From assembly GCA_965213765.1 (NCBI GenBank), contig OZ243926.1, positions 130,971 through 194,970 on the forward strand: a stretch of 64,000 nt of DNA, read 5' to 3'. The stretch is from Rhodospirillales bacterium. Its GTDB lineage: Bacteria; Pseudomonadota; Alphaproteobacteria; Rhodospirillales; UBA2165. A program made the position numbers and the translations under genes. Each line of letters starts with the position of its first letter. Position 1 is the first letter of the stretch. Under the pieces are notes generated by a model that was not told the DNA's origin, did not search any database, and saw nothing but the letters and a program-made list of their open reading frames with translations. Positions 28,376 through 37,622 of this stretch are shown piece after piece.

Positions 28376-29463
28376 TTGCCGCCCTCTCCATTCAGGATGT
28401 CGGCGAGGTTTTTAAGGCCCGCCCGGCCGCCGTCATCGGGCTCGATGCGCCCGCCCTCTCCCGGCCGTCCACCGAGCGTGGCGAAATCGGGCCGCCCGCC
28501 GCCGCGGCGCGGTGGGCCAAATCCGCCGGGGCCGCCGGGTCCGCCGCGCCGCCGCTCACCGCGGGGGCCGCCGCCACCCGGGCCGCCCCGGCGGTTGCCG
28601 CGGGCACTCGTGTCCCGGGGCGCGCGGGTATTGGCATTGCCTTCCAGCTGCGGCTCACCGGCGTAGCAGGCCAGCGAATAGGGAAACCTTTCGGTGAAGA
28701 AATAGGCGTACCCGCCGCCCGGCAACTTCTTGCCGTTGCATTCGTCGAGGTCGCCGTAGCCGGGCTCATAGCGATTCGCCTGCCAGGCGTTGGCGTCGGG
28801 CGCGCCGTCGATCAGGCGATAGCTGGAGCGCAGCTTGATCTTGGCCTTGCAGTTGCGGGCCAAGCAGATGAACGGGCTGACGATGGGATAACCGTCAAAG
28901 GCGTAGCCCAGGACCTGGCCGACGGACCCGTTCTTGTCCACCACCAGGCAGTTCGGCCGGGCGTGATAGTGATAGAAACCGCGCGCCGTGTGCCCGTTGC
29001 AGAAATCGAGAATGCCGCGGGGCATCGGATCGCCCCATCCGTGTCTGGGCGACTCGTTGGCCGAGAAGATGGGGATGCCGTTGACCGCCACCCCGATCGG
29101 GCCCAGCAGCGGCACCCGCTGGCGCTCGCCTGCGGCAAGCCGCGGCTTGCGGGGAATGCGGTAGGTTTTGTTGCGCACCGCCAGATCCGTGGGGGTGATT
29201 TGCACATATTCATAGTTGATGATCGAGTTGGTGCGGACGGTGATGAAATCATCGTCGCACGTCACGTCGAGCCTCGGGTTCTCGTAGCGGCCGTTGTGGC
29301 TGAAGGTGGAAACATCGACGAAGTGACGCCGCTCCTTGCAGCCGTCGACGGCACTCATCAGCTTGATGCCGGTTTGCGCCTGGGCCGGGTTGGACAGCCC
29401 GAGGAGCAGCATCGAAGACGCGGCCAGCGAAAATAAACCAAATAATTTCAATGAATTGTGCAT
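28372..29463 (-). CDS. YHYH domain protein with Gly/Arg-rich tail
   Basis: Signal peptide, GVAVNGIPIF, DFCNGH, YHYH, GYAFDGYPI and DLDECNG motifs. Confidence 0.88.
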   Translation of the reverse strand: MHNSLKLFGLFSLAASSMLLLGLSNPAQAQTGIKLMSAVDGCKERRHFVDVSTFSHNGRYENPRLDVTCDDDFITVRTNSIINYEYVQITPTDLAVRNKTYRIPRKPRLAAGERQRVPLLGPIGVAVNGIPIFSANESPRHGWGDPMPRGILDFCNGHTARGFYHYHARPNCLVVDKNGSVGQVLGYAFDGYPIVSPFICLARNCKAKIKLRSSYRLIDGAPDANAWQANRYEPGYGDLDECNGKKLPGGGYAYFFTERFPYSLACYAGEPQLEGNANTRAPRDTSARGNRRGGPGGGGPRGERRRGGPGGPGGFGPPRRGGGRPDFATLGGRPGEGGRIEPDDGGRAGLKNLADILNGEGGN

Positions 29464-29575
29464 CCAATATTCCTTGGCGGGACATGCTCGCGAAATAGCG
29501 GGCTCACGTCGTCAAACGCAGTCTAACGGCGAATCCGTCGCCGGGCCAAGGCCGGATCCGTGACGGAATTCGTCG

Positions 29576-30043
29576 TCACCGCGGCCACAAGATCGCCTGG
29601 GTGCAGCGGAAATGAGCGATCGGTTTATCGCTGCCTTCGGGCGTCACGACGCAATCCCAGACCTGGGTGGTGCGGCCCCGGTGCACCGGTGTCGCCGCGC
29701 CGGTGACCACGCCTTCGGTCGCGGTGCCCGTGTGATTGGACTTGAGCTCGTCGGTGGTGAAACTCGCCGCCCCCTCGGGCAGGCTGATGATGGTCGCGTA
29801 GCCGGTCAGCGTATCGGCGAGCGCCACCACGCTGGCCGCATGAAGAAAGCCGTTCGGCGCCAGCAATCCGTGACGGACCGGCATCCGTCCCTCGAAGCGA
29901 TCCCTATCCACTCGCGTAATCTCCACGCCCGCGGTTTCCGGCAGATGGTTCTTGCCGAATTCGTTGAACTGCTCGGGCGTGGTGAAGGTCCGGGGGTCGA
30001 CCCCCAATTTTTCCCAATGGCCCGTGGATTTCCGGTCACTCAT
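29576..30043 (-). CDS. PaaI family (hot-dog fold) thioesterase
   Basis: NGFLHAASVVALAD and HRGRTTQVW motifs. Confidence 0.88.
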   Translation of the reverse strand: MSDRKSTGHWEKLGVDPRTFTTPEQFNEFGKNHLPETAGVEITRVDRDRFEGRMPVRHGLLAPNGFLHAASVVALADTLTGYATIISLPEGAASFTTDELKSNHTGTATEGVVTGAATPVHRGRTTQVWDCVVTPEGSDKPIAHFRCTQAILWPR

Positions 30044-30059
30044 CGAATCCCCCTCTTCC

Positions 30060-30530
30060 TTAGCCCCGCTCCCGCATCAGCCGGGCCTGATCCCGCTTCC
30101 ATTCCCGCTCCTTGATCGACGCCCGCTTCTCGAACTTCCGCTTGCCCTTGGCGAGGCCGAGCTCGACTTTGGCAATGCCGCGGCGGTTGAAGTAGATCAG
30201 GAGCGGCACCAGGGTCATGCCCTCGCGGCTCACCGCACCCGTCAGCCGGCGCAATTCCTTTTTATGTACCAACAGCTTACGGGGGCGGCGGACTTCATGG
30301 GGCGTGGCCGCGGCGGCGTATTCCGAAATATGCGCGTTGACCAGATAGAGCTCGCCGCCGTCGTCGGAGGCATAGCTTTCTTCGATGCTGGCGCGGCCCT
30401 CGCGCAGTGACTTTACCTCGCTGCCGACCAGCTGGATTCCCGCCTCCAGGGTCTCCTCGATGAAATAGTCGTGCCGCGCCTTGCGATTGCGGGCAGCGAT
30501 ATTTCCGGTGTCTTTGGGTTTCTTGGCCAT
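30060..30530 (-). CDS. smpB: SsrA-binding protein
   Basis: [18 protein letters not shown] and GKRKFEKR motifs. Confidence 0.97.
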   Translation of the reverse strand: MAKKPKDTGNIAARNRKARHDYFIEETLEAGIQLVGSEVKSLREGRASIEESYASDDGGELYLVNAHISEYAAAATPHEVRRPRKLLVHKKELRRLTGAVSREGMTLVPLLIYFNRRGIAKVELGLAKGKRKFEKRASIKEREWKRDQARLMRERG

Positions 30531-30594
30531 GGTTCACGGGGCTCGCAAGGTCCCCGATCGCCCGGGCACCCGGTTCAGTGCCGTTGCGCGGCGC

Positions 30595-31470
30595 TCAATT
30601 CAGCAGGCCGGCGCTTCGGAGCGCGCCGGAGACCGCTTCCTTGCTGCTATCGGCGATCTCGGTCAGCGGCTGGCGGGTCTCGCGGCCGCAGAGGCCCAAA
30701 AGTTCGGCGGCATACTTCACCGGTCCAGGGCTCGATTCACAGAACAGCGACGAGTGGACCGGCATCAGCCGGGATTGCATCTCCAGGGCCTTGGTGATGT
30801 CGCCGTCCCGCCATGCGCGCTGCATTTCATAGCACTGGCGCGGTGCGATATTGGCGGTGACGGAGATGCACCCCTGCCCGCCGGCGGCCAGAAACGGCAC
30901 CGCGGTGCCGTCTTCACCGGACAGCTGAATGAAATCGGGTCCGGCGGCCAGCGCCGTCAGGATCGGCCGGTTCAGGTCGCTGGTCGCGTCCTTGACGCCG
31001 CGGATATTGGGCAGCTTGGCCAACTCGGCCATGGTCTCGACGGTCATATCGATGACGCTGCGGGGAGGAATGTTGTAGATGATGATCGGAATATCCACCG
31101 CGTCGTTCACCGCCTTGTAATGGGCGTGGAGCCCGGCCTGGGTCGGCTTGTTGTAATAGGGCGTGACGATCAGCGCCGCGTCGGCGCCGGCGTCCTTGGC
31201 GTGCCGGGTCAACTCGATGCACTCCGCGGTGGCGTTGGAGCCCGTTCCGGCGATCACCGGAACCCTGCCCGTCGTCTCCTCGATGCAGATTTCCACCACC
31301 CGGCGGTGTTCTTCATGGCTGAGGGTCGGCGATTCGCCCGTAGTGCCGCAGGGTACCAGGGCCTCGGTCCCTTCTTCGATCTGCCAATTGACGATTTTGC
31401 GGAACGACTCCTCGTCCACCGAACCGTTCTTGAATGGCGTGATCAGCGCCGTGATTGAGCCCTCGAACAT
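30595..31470 (-). CDS. dapA: 4-hydroxy-tetrahydrodipicolinate synthase
   Basis: CGTTGES, YNIPPRS and GVKDAT motifs; start at ATG 31470 with GGAGAG RBS. Confidence 0.96.
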   Translation of the reverse strand: MFEGSITALITPFKNGSVDEESFRKIVNWQIEEGTEALVPCGTTGESPTLSHEEHRRVVEICIEETTGRVPVIAGTGSNATAECIELTRHAKDAGADAALIVTPYYNKPTQAGLHAHYKAVNDAVDIPIIIYNIPPRSVIDMTVETMAELAKLPNIRGVKDATSDLNRPILTALAAGPDFIQLSGEDGTAVPFLAAGGQGCISVTANIAPRQCYEMQRAWRDGDITKALEMQSRLMPVHSSLFCESSPGPVKYAAELLGLCGRETRQPLTEIADSSKEAVSGALRSAGLLN

Positions 31471-31641
31471 GTTGCTCTCCCTAAGGATTTCAGGCGGAAC
31501 ATACTCCCGGCCGGTCGACGGAGCAAGCAAGCGCGGCCGTCGGGAGACGGCGCCCGGGATGCGGCAATTCCGTATTCGATGGGATGGATCGCTTGCCCGG
31601 CCGAGGCGACGCTCATAGAATCAACCCGACCTTGGGCAAAT

Positions 31642-33606
31642 ATGGGGACCCTCTTGCGGAGGCTGACTTTCGGTGTCGCGGTTCTCGCGGGCGCGTTGCT
31701 TTATGGCGGCGCTTACGCCGGTGAACTGACCCGCCAGGAAATCAAAGCGGCGAAAGAGGCGTTTAAGCTCGCCGAGCGGAAGAAGTGGCCCGGGGCGAAA
31801 AAGGCCGCCGCGGGCGTCTCGGACCCGTTGCTCACCAAGGTATTCCGTTGGCGGTATTACGCGGCCGCCGGTTCCGGCGCCAAATTCGGCGAGATCGCCG
31901 CTTTCATCAAGGCCAATCCCGATTGGCCGTGGCTCCGTATCCTGCGCCGCCGGGCGGAGGAAGCCATGACCGCTTCCACGCCTGACGAAGTGGTGATTGC
32001 CTGGTTCTCGGATCACCGGCCGATTACCTCTGATGGCGGCATCCGGCTCGCCGCCTCGCTCCTACGCCGGGAACAGACCGGCAAAGCGAGGCAGGTCATC
32101 CGGGAAACCTGGATCAAGGGCAATTTCGGCGCGCAGCAGGAACGCCGGTTCTACCGGGCGTTCCGGCGCCATCTGACCCGCGAGGATCATTTGGATCGCC
32201 TGGATCGCCTGCTTTGGGCCGGCCGCTACTACCCAACCCGCCGCATGTACCGGCGGATTCACAAGGATTACCGGGCGCTTGCCGAAGCCCGTTTGGCGCT
32301 TCGCCGCATGCGGGGCGGTGTGGATGGGGCGATCCGACGGGTGCCGGCGGAACTGCGGCAGCATCCGGGCCTGGTTTATGAACGTCTTCGCTGGCGCCGC
32401 CGCAAGGGGCGCGATATGGATGCCCGCGCCCTGCTCGCCGATCCGCCGGACGATTTGATCCGTCCCGACATGTGGTGGCGGGAAAAATCCATCCTCGCCC
32501 GCCGGGCTCTCAGGTCCGGCCATATCTCCGAGGCCTACGCCATGGCGCGCAGCCACTCAATGTCATCGGGTGCGGGATTCCTCGAGGGCGAATGGATGGC
32601 GGGATGGATCGCCACGCGCTTCATGGGCGATCATGCCGTCGCGTTCAAGCACTTCACCACCGTCTATCGTGAAGCCAACTTCGCCATCAGCCGGGCCCGC
32701 GGCGCCTATTGGGCGGGCCGTGCCGCCGAAGAACTCGGTGACGACGAGCGGGCCGGTTTCTGGTTCCGGACGGCGGCTGAATATCCGATGACCTATTACG
32801 GCCAGCTTGCCGCCGCCCGCCATTATCGCGACGGCAATCTGCGTATGCCGCCGGAGCCCCATCGGGACGTGGTCGAGAACGGCGGGTTCCTGGATCACGA
32901 ACTGGTTGTTGCCGTGCACCGGCTGACCGAAGCCGGCTTGCCGGGTGAGATAGATCCGTTCATCCGCAGACTGAACGAACTCGGCGAAACCCCCGGCTGG
33001 CGGGCACAGGTGGCGGCACTGGCACGGGATCGCGGCCGCCGCGACTTGGCGGTGCTGGCGGCCAAAAAGGCCATCCGCGAAGGCGTCAACCTCGCCGGTG
33101 CCGGGTTCCCGCGCCTGGATGCGCAATTGCGCCCGGACCTGGAAGATCCGCTGGTGCACGCTTTGATCCGTCAGGAAAGCGCGTTTAACCACGAGGCTAT
33201 TAGTCACGCCGGGGCACGCGGCCTGATGCAACTCATGCCGGCGACAGCGAAGCGCGTGGCACGGCAGATGGCGGTACCGTATAAGCCGGGCAAACTGACC
33301 CGCGACATCGGCTACAATCTGAATATCGGCCAGAAATACCTCGCCGATATGATCGCGAAATTCGACGGTTCCTACATCCTGGCCCTGGCGGCCTATAACG
33401 CCGGGCCCCGCCGCGTCCGGCGGTGGGTCCTCGAAAACGGCGACCCCGGCGACCCCGCGGTTGATCCCATCGACTGGGTGGAGATGATCCCCATCGGCGA
33501 GACCCGCAACTACGTCCAGCGGGTGATGGAAAACCTCCACGTTTATCGGGCCCGTCTCGCGGACGAGGAATTGGCGTTCAATCCCGAAGACGACCTCCGT
33601 CGTTGA
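31642..33606 (+). CDS. slt: Soluble lytic murein transglycosylase (Slt70-like)
   Basis: IRQESAF, GARGLMQLMP, AYNAGP and ETRNYVQRV motifs; start uncertain. Confidence 0.92.
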   Translation: MGTLLRRLTFGVAVLAGALLYGGAYAGELTRQEIKAAKEAFKLAERKKWPGAKKAAAGVSDPLLTKVFRWRYYAAAGSGAKFGEIAAFIKANPDWPWLRILRRRAEEAMTASTPDEVVIAWFSDHRPITSDGGIRLAASLLRREQTGKARQVIRETWIKGNFGAQQERRFYRAFRRHLTREDHLDRLDRLLWAGRYYPTRRMYRRIHKDYRALAEARLALRRMRGGVDGAIRRVPAELRQHPGLVYERLRWRRRKGRDMDARALLADPPDDLIRPDMWWREKSILARRALRSGHISEAYAMARSHSMSSGAGFLEGEWMAGWIATRFMGDHAVAFKHFTTVYREANFAISRARGAYWAGRAAEELGDDERAGFWFRTAAEYPMTYYGQLAAARHYRDGNLRMPPEPHRDVVENGGFLDHELVVAVHRLTEAGLPGEIDPFIRRLNELGETPGWRAQVAALARDRGRRDLAVLAAKKAIREGVNLAGAGFPRLDAQLRPDLEDPLVHALIRQESAFNHEAISHAGARGLMQLMPATAKRVARQMAVPYKPGKLTRDIGYNLNIGQKYLADMIAKFDGSYILALAAYNAGPRRVRRWVLENGDPGDPAVDPIDWVEMIPIGETRNYVQRVMENLHVYRARLADEELAFNPEDDLRR

Positions 33607-33616
33607 GCCTGTCCGT

Positions 33617-34606
33617 TTGATACCCGCTCCGCCTTTCACCGCCCCGACGCGAGCCGATATTCTGGCCGCGGCCGGCCGCCTGGACGGGGCGGCGGTGCGC
33701 ACCCCGCTGCTGGAGTCCGACCGTCTCAACGATCGGCTGGGCGGCAGGGTCCTGCTCAAGGCCGAGTGCCTGCAACGGACCGGCTCGTTCAAATTTCGCG
33801 GAGCCTACAATTTTCTTTCCCGGTTGGAGGACGACGAAAAGGCCAAGGGCGTGGTCGCCTATTCCTCCGGCAATCACGCCCAAGGCGTGGCCCTGGCGGC
33901 ACGGTTGCTGGGGGTCTCGGCTGCCATCGTCATGCCGTCGGACGCGCCCGGGATCAAGATTGCCAATACCAAATCCGATGGCGCCGAGGTCGTGCTCTAT
34001 GAGCGTTCGGACGGCAACCGGGTGCAGGTGGCGCGGGCCATCGTCGAGGAGACCGGCCGCGCCCTCGTCCCGCCTTTCGATCATCCCTGGATCATGGCGG
34101 GCCAGGGAACCGTCGGCCTGGAGGTTGCGGATCAGATGGCCGCGCTCGGCATCGAGCCCGATCTGATGATCGTGCCGACCAGCGGGGGCGGCCTCGTCGG
34201 TGGCTGCGCGTTGGCGCTCGAGGAGCCCTATCCCAACCTGGCGCTCCACACGGTAGAGCCGGACGGATATGACGACAGCGCCCTGTCCTTGGCGGCGGGC
34301 GAGCGGGTCGAGATAACACCCCCCGGCCCTTCGATTTGCGACGCGCTGCTGCTGGAAATCCCGGGCGCTCTCACCTTCGAAGTCAACAAGAACCGACTGG
34401 CCCCCGGTTACAGCGTCAGCGACGCCGAGGCCGGTGCCGCGGTGGCCGCGGCCTTCTACGATCTCAAGATCGTCCTTGAGCCAAGCGGGGCCACGCCGCT
34501 GGCCGTTCTGCTATCCGGCAAGGAAAAGCTCGATGGCCGCACCGCCGTGCTGGTGGGTTCCGGCGGCAACGTGGACCCCGGGCTGTTCAAACAGTTACTG
34601 GACTGA
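33617..34606 (+). CDS. Threonine/serine dehydratase family PLP enzyme
   Basis: QRTGSFKFRGA, SSGNHAQ and GQGT motifs. Confidence 0.92.
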   Translation: MIPAPPFTAPTRADILAAAGRLDGAAVRTPLLESDRLNDRLGGRVLLKAECLQRTGSFKFRGAYNFLSRLEDDEKAKGVVAYSSGNHAQGVALAARLLGVSAAIVMPSDAPGIKIANTKSDGAEVVLYERSDGNRVQVARAIVEETGRALVPPFDHPWIMAGQGTVGLEVADQMAALGIEPDLMIVPTSGGGLVGGCALALEEPYPNLALHTVEPDGYDDSALSLAAGERVEITPPGPSICDALLLEIPGALTFEVNKNRLAPGYSVSDAEAGAAVAAAFYDLKIVLEPSGATPLAVLLSGKEKLDGRTAVLVGSGGNVDPGLFKQLLD

Positions 34607-34607
34607 G

Positions 34608-35102
34608 TTATTCGGCGGCGGCTTCGGCGGGTTCCTGATGCTTTGGCGCCGCCTCAGCTATTGCCTTACCCTTGAGGATATTGATCCCGCCGTCGGCGTC
34701 CAATTTGCCGGCGGTCCCGGCCTCGATGCGGCGGCAATGGGCTTCAAGGTAAGCCCCCTGCTCGATCGCCAGGCTCTCATGCAGGATGTCGCCGAGCACA
34801 TGGGCCGTCTTGGCAAGCGACACCGCCCGGGCACGGATTTGACCGGTCACCCGGCCATGGACCCGGCAGGTGTCGGCGACGATTATGCCGTTGACCTGAG
34901 CGGTTTCGCCGACCACCAGCACATCGGATTGGATATCGCCTTCCACGATACCGTCGACCTGGATCTCGCCGGAACTGACGAGGTCACCGACGACCTTGAG
35001 ATCGTTCGAGAGAATGGATGGCGGCGCGGGTGACTTGGGCGCGGGTGTCTTGGGCACGGGTGCCTGTCGGCGTCCTTCGTCCCGGTTACCTTTGGTGAAC
35101 AT
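34608..35102 (-). CDS. Bactofilin (polymer-forming cytoskeletal protein)
   Basis: Beta-helical SILSNDLKVVGDL...IEQGAYLEAHC; downstream of an M23 peptidase gene. Confidence 0.92.
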   Translation of the reverse strand: MFTKGNRDEGRRQAPVPKTPAPKSPAPPSILSNDLKVVGDLVSSGEIQVDGIVEGDIQSDVLVVGETAQVNGIIVADTCRVHGRVTGQIRARAVSLAKTAHVLGDILHESLAIEQGAYLEAHCRRIEAGTAGKLDADGGINILKGKAIAEAAPKHQEPAEAAAE

Positions 35103-36423
35103 ATCTGCCAGCCCTGATAAATTTCCAGGGATTCCGGGGCCTGCCGTTCACATGAAGTTCGTAGTGCAGGTGGGGCCCGGTGCTGCGGCCCGAATTTCCC
35201 AGAAGCCCGATCTTGTGGCGATACTCCACCTTTTGCCCCTTTTTCACAAGAATCTTGTGGAGATGGCCATATCGGGTCTCGAGGCCCTGCCCGTGGTCGA
35301 TAACTACCAAACGGCCATAGCGGCCCTTGTATGCGGCATATGTCACGATTCCGGCCGCGGTGGCGTAGATCGGCGCCCTGAGGCGGCTGGTCATGTCGGT
35401 ACCGTAATGCATGGCCCAGCGGCGGTTGATGGGGTCGCGGCGTTTTCCGTAGTGGCTGGAGACCGAATAGAAGTCGAGGGGCGGCTGCAGCGGCAGTTGG
35501 TACATCAATTCCTGTAGGTCATCCCAGCGGGCGAGCTTCGAATCCAGGGTCTCCAGCTTGGCCTTGAGGCGCAATGCCGGTTCGCTGTCCGGTATGGCCG
35601 CGATGACCGGGCCGCCCTGTCCGCCCTGCCCTTTCCGCTCCTTGATATCGGCGCGGGCCAGGAGAGTCTCGACGTTGAGGCCGGTGCGCACCAGAACGTT
35701 CTCGATACTTTCGATGTTGTCGGTCGTGGTCTCGGTCAGGCGAGCGACGATATCCTTTTCCGATTCGTGGAGGTCGGCGAGTTCGCGCTTGAGGTCTTCG
35801 ACGATACCTTGCAACCGATCGCCCCGAGACCGGGCTTCGTCACGATCGTTAATCGCCTGCTCCAGGTCCGTGGCGACGACGTTCAAATTGCCCATGAGTT
35901 CGAAGTTGTAGGTGTTGAGCGCGTGCATCTCCCGCTCGATTTCATCCAGCCGCGATTTGAGGGCCGCGCGCATGGCAACCAACTGCCGGTGTTTGCTTTC
36001 CCGGTCTTCGCGCCTGGTTTCCGCTGATTTCAGGTTTTTCTGAAGGGTCGCATTGGTCTCCGCCAGATTCAGCATCAGACCGTGGTTTTTCTCAAGGTCG
36101 CGAGTCAGGGCCGAGACTTTGTTTTGATAGTCGGAAACCTCGTTCAGGAGGCTGCGATAGGACAGCCGGGCATTGAGGATTTCATTGTCCTTGGCGGTAA
36201 CGACTTTGTCGTGGACGAAGTAGTTCACCGAGGCGAAGGCGGCCCAGCCGCCGAAGATGGCCAGTGCCGCGGCAGCACTCAACTGGAGACCGCTTGAAAT
36301 TCGGAAGAACCGGACGCGGGCGTCGGTCCGGAGCATGATTTCACGCCGAGGGAAGACCCGGCGGATCGAGGCCGCCGCCGAACGGCGATAATCGCTCAAT
36401 GTCGAACCCTCGCGTAGGCCCAT
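35086..36423 (-). CDS. M23 family peptidase with DUF5930-like N-terminus and coiled coil
   Basis: HYGTD and STGPHLHYE motifs, TM segment and long coiled coil. Confidence 0.9.
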   Translation of the reverse strand: MGLREGSTLSDYRRSAAASIRRVFPRREIMLRTDARVRFFRISSGLQLSAAAALAIFGGWAAFASVNYFVHDKVVTAKDNEILNARLSYRSLLNEVSDYQNKVSALTRDLEKNHGLMLNLAETNATLQKNLKSAETRREDRESKHRQLVAMRAALKSRLDEIEREMHALNTYNFELMGNLNVVATDLEQAINDRDEARSRGDRLQGIVEDLKRELADLHESEKDIVARLTETTTDNIESIENVLVRTGLNVETLLARADIKERKGQGGQGGPVIAAIPDSEPALRLKAKLETLDSKLARWDDLQELMYQLPLQPPLDFYSVSSHYGKRRDPINRRWAMHYGTDMTSRLRAPIYATAAGIVTYAAYKGRYGRLVVIDHGQGLETRYGHLHKILVKKGQKVEYRHKIGLLGNSGRSTGPHLHYELHVNGRPRNPWKFIRAGRYVHQR

Positions 36424-36657
36424 GACCCCCTCGTTTCACCCCAATTCTGGTCTAACCTTATCGATCGAAGCACGGTCCGGCGGGCCTCCCGACACTATCC
36501 GCGCCCTGATTTGGTTGCAAGAAATATCAGCCGGTTTCCGCGCTTTCCGGGATTAATTTTGTCGTCATGCCGCCCAATGGATGCGATCCAGGGGTGTTCA
36601 CCGTAGTCGGCGCGGATTTGAGCCGCTAGTCTCGCACCGGCAATAGAAGAGGCCGGG

Positions 36658-37116
36658 GTGAGCATCGCCAGGTTGATATCGACATGGTTTGGGTTCGGGT
36701 TGCTGCCGAAGGCGCCGGGCACCTGGGGCTCGCTGGCCGCGCTGCCCTTTGCCTGGTTCATTTGTGCCTACGGCGGTTACCAGATCCTGTTGCTGGCGAC
36801 CGCCGGCATCTTTGTTGTCGGGGTCTGGATGTCGGGAATCGCGGCGGCGGAAAGCGGCGCCGAAGACCCGGGCGAGGTAGTGATCGATGAAGTGGCCGGT
36901 CAATGGCTGACGCTCGTCGTCGTGCCGCCGGACTTTCTGCTCTACGCGGCAGGTTTCGTGCTGTTCCGGGTATTCGATATCTGGAAGCCCTGGCCGGTCT
37001 CATGGGCCGACCGGAATTTGAAGGGCGGCCTCGGCATCATGGCGGATGACATCTTGGCCGGCGTGTATGCGGCGGTCATACTCTTTGCGCTCAAGACCTG
37101 GCTGGAAACCCCATGA
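36658..37116 (+). CDS. pgpA: Phosphatidylglycerophosphatase A
   Basis: APGTWGS, VVIDEVAGQ, FRVFDIWKPWP and MADDILAG motifs. Confidence 0.95.
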   Translation: MSIARLISTWFGFGLLPKAPGTWGSLAALPFAWFICAYGGYQILLLATAGIFVVGVWMSGIAAAESGAEDPGEVVIDEVAGQWLTLVVVPPDFLLYAAGFVLFRVFDIWKPWPVSWADRNLKGGLGIMADDILAGVYAAVILFALKTWLETP

Positions 37117-37604
37117 CCTTTCCCAAAGCAATCGTTGACGCGGCGCAGGCGGTCATCGACCGGGCGACAACCCGGAACCTCAAAATCGGTACCGTCGAAT
37201 CGTGCACCGGCGGCCTGATCGGCGGCGCGCTGACCGCGATTTCGGGATCGTCGTCGGCCGTCGAGCGGGGGTTCATCACCTATTCCAACGCGGCCAAGAA
37301 CGAAATCGTCGGCGTGCCCATGGAAACCATAATCAAGCACGGTGCGGTGAGTGACCGGACGGTGCGCGCCATGGCCGAAGGCGCGTTGAACGCGGCGCCG
37401 CTGGATGCGGCGGTGGCGGTGACCGGGATTGCCGGCCCCAGTGGCGGTACGCCCGAAAAGCCGGTGGGCCTGGTCTATATGGGCGCCTCGCGGAAGGGGC
37501 GCGACACGCTGGTTGCCCGCGAGGTTTTTCCGGGCGGCCGGGACGCGGTCCGCGAAGCGGCCGTGCTGGCCGCGCTGAACCTGCTGCTCAAGCAATTGAA
37601 CTGA
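37113..37604 (+). CDS. cinA: CinA/PncC family NMN deamidase
   Basis: ESCTGG, HGAVS and TGIAGPSGG motifs. Confidence 0.93.
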   Translation: MTFPKAIVDAAQAVIDRATTRNLKIGTVESCTGGLIGGALTAISGSSSAVERGFITYSNAAKNEIVGVPMETIIKHGAVSDRTVRAMAEGALNAAPLDAAVAVTGIAGPSGGTPEKPVGLVYMGASRKGRDTLVAREVFPGGRDAVREAAVLAALNLLLKQLN

Positions 37605-37622
37605 CCTAAGGAGAATGAAGAG

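Noticed and set aside
12267-29523. Shared 12-mer TCAAACGCAGTC at 12267 and 29512
   Set aside because: Many exact 12-mer matches are expected by chance in 64 kb, and the flanks do not align
29464-30594. tmRNA (ssrA) near smpB
   Set aside because: No tRNA-like ends or tag reading frame recognised in the neighbouring spacers
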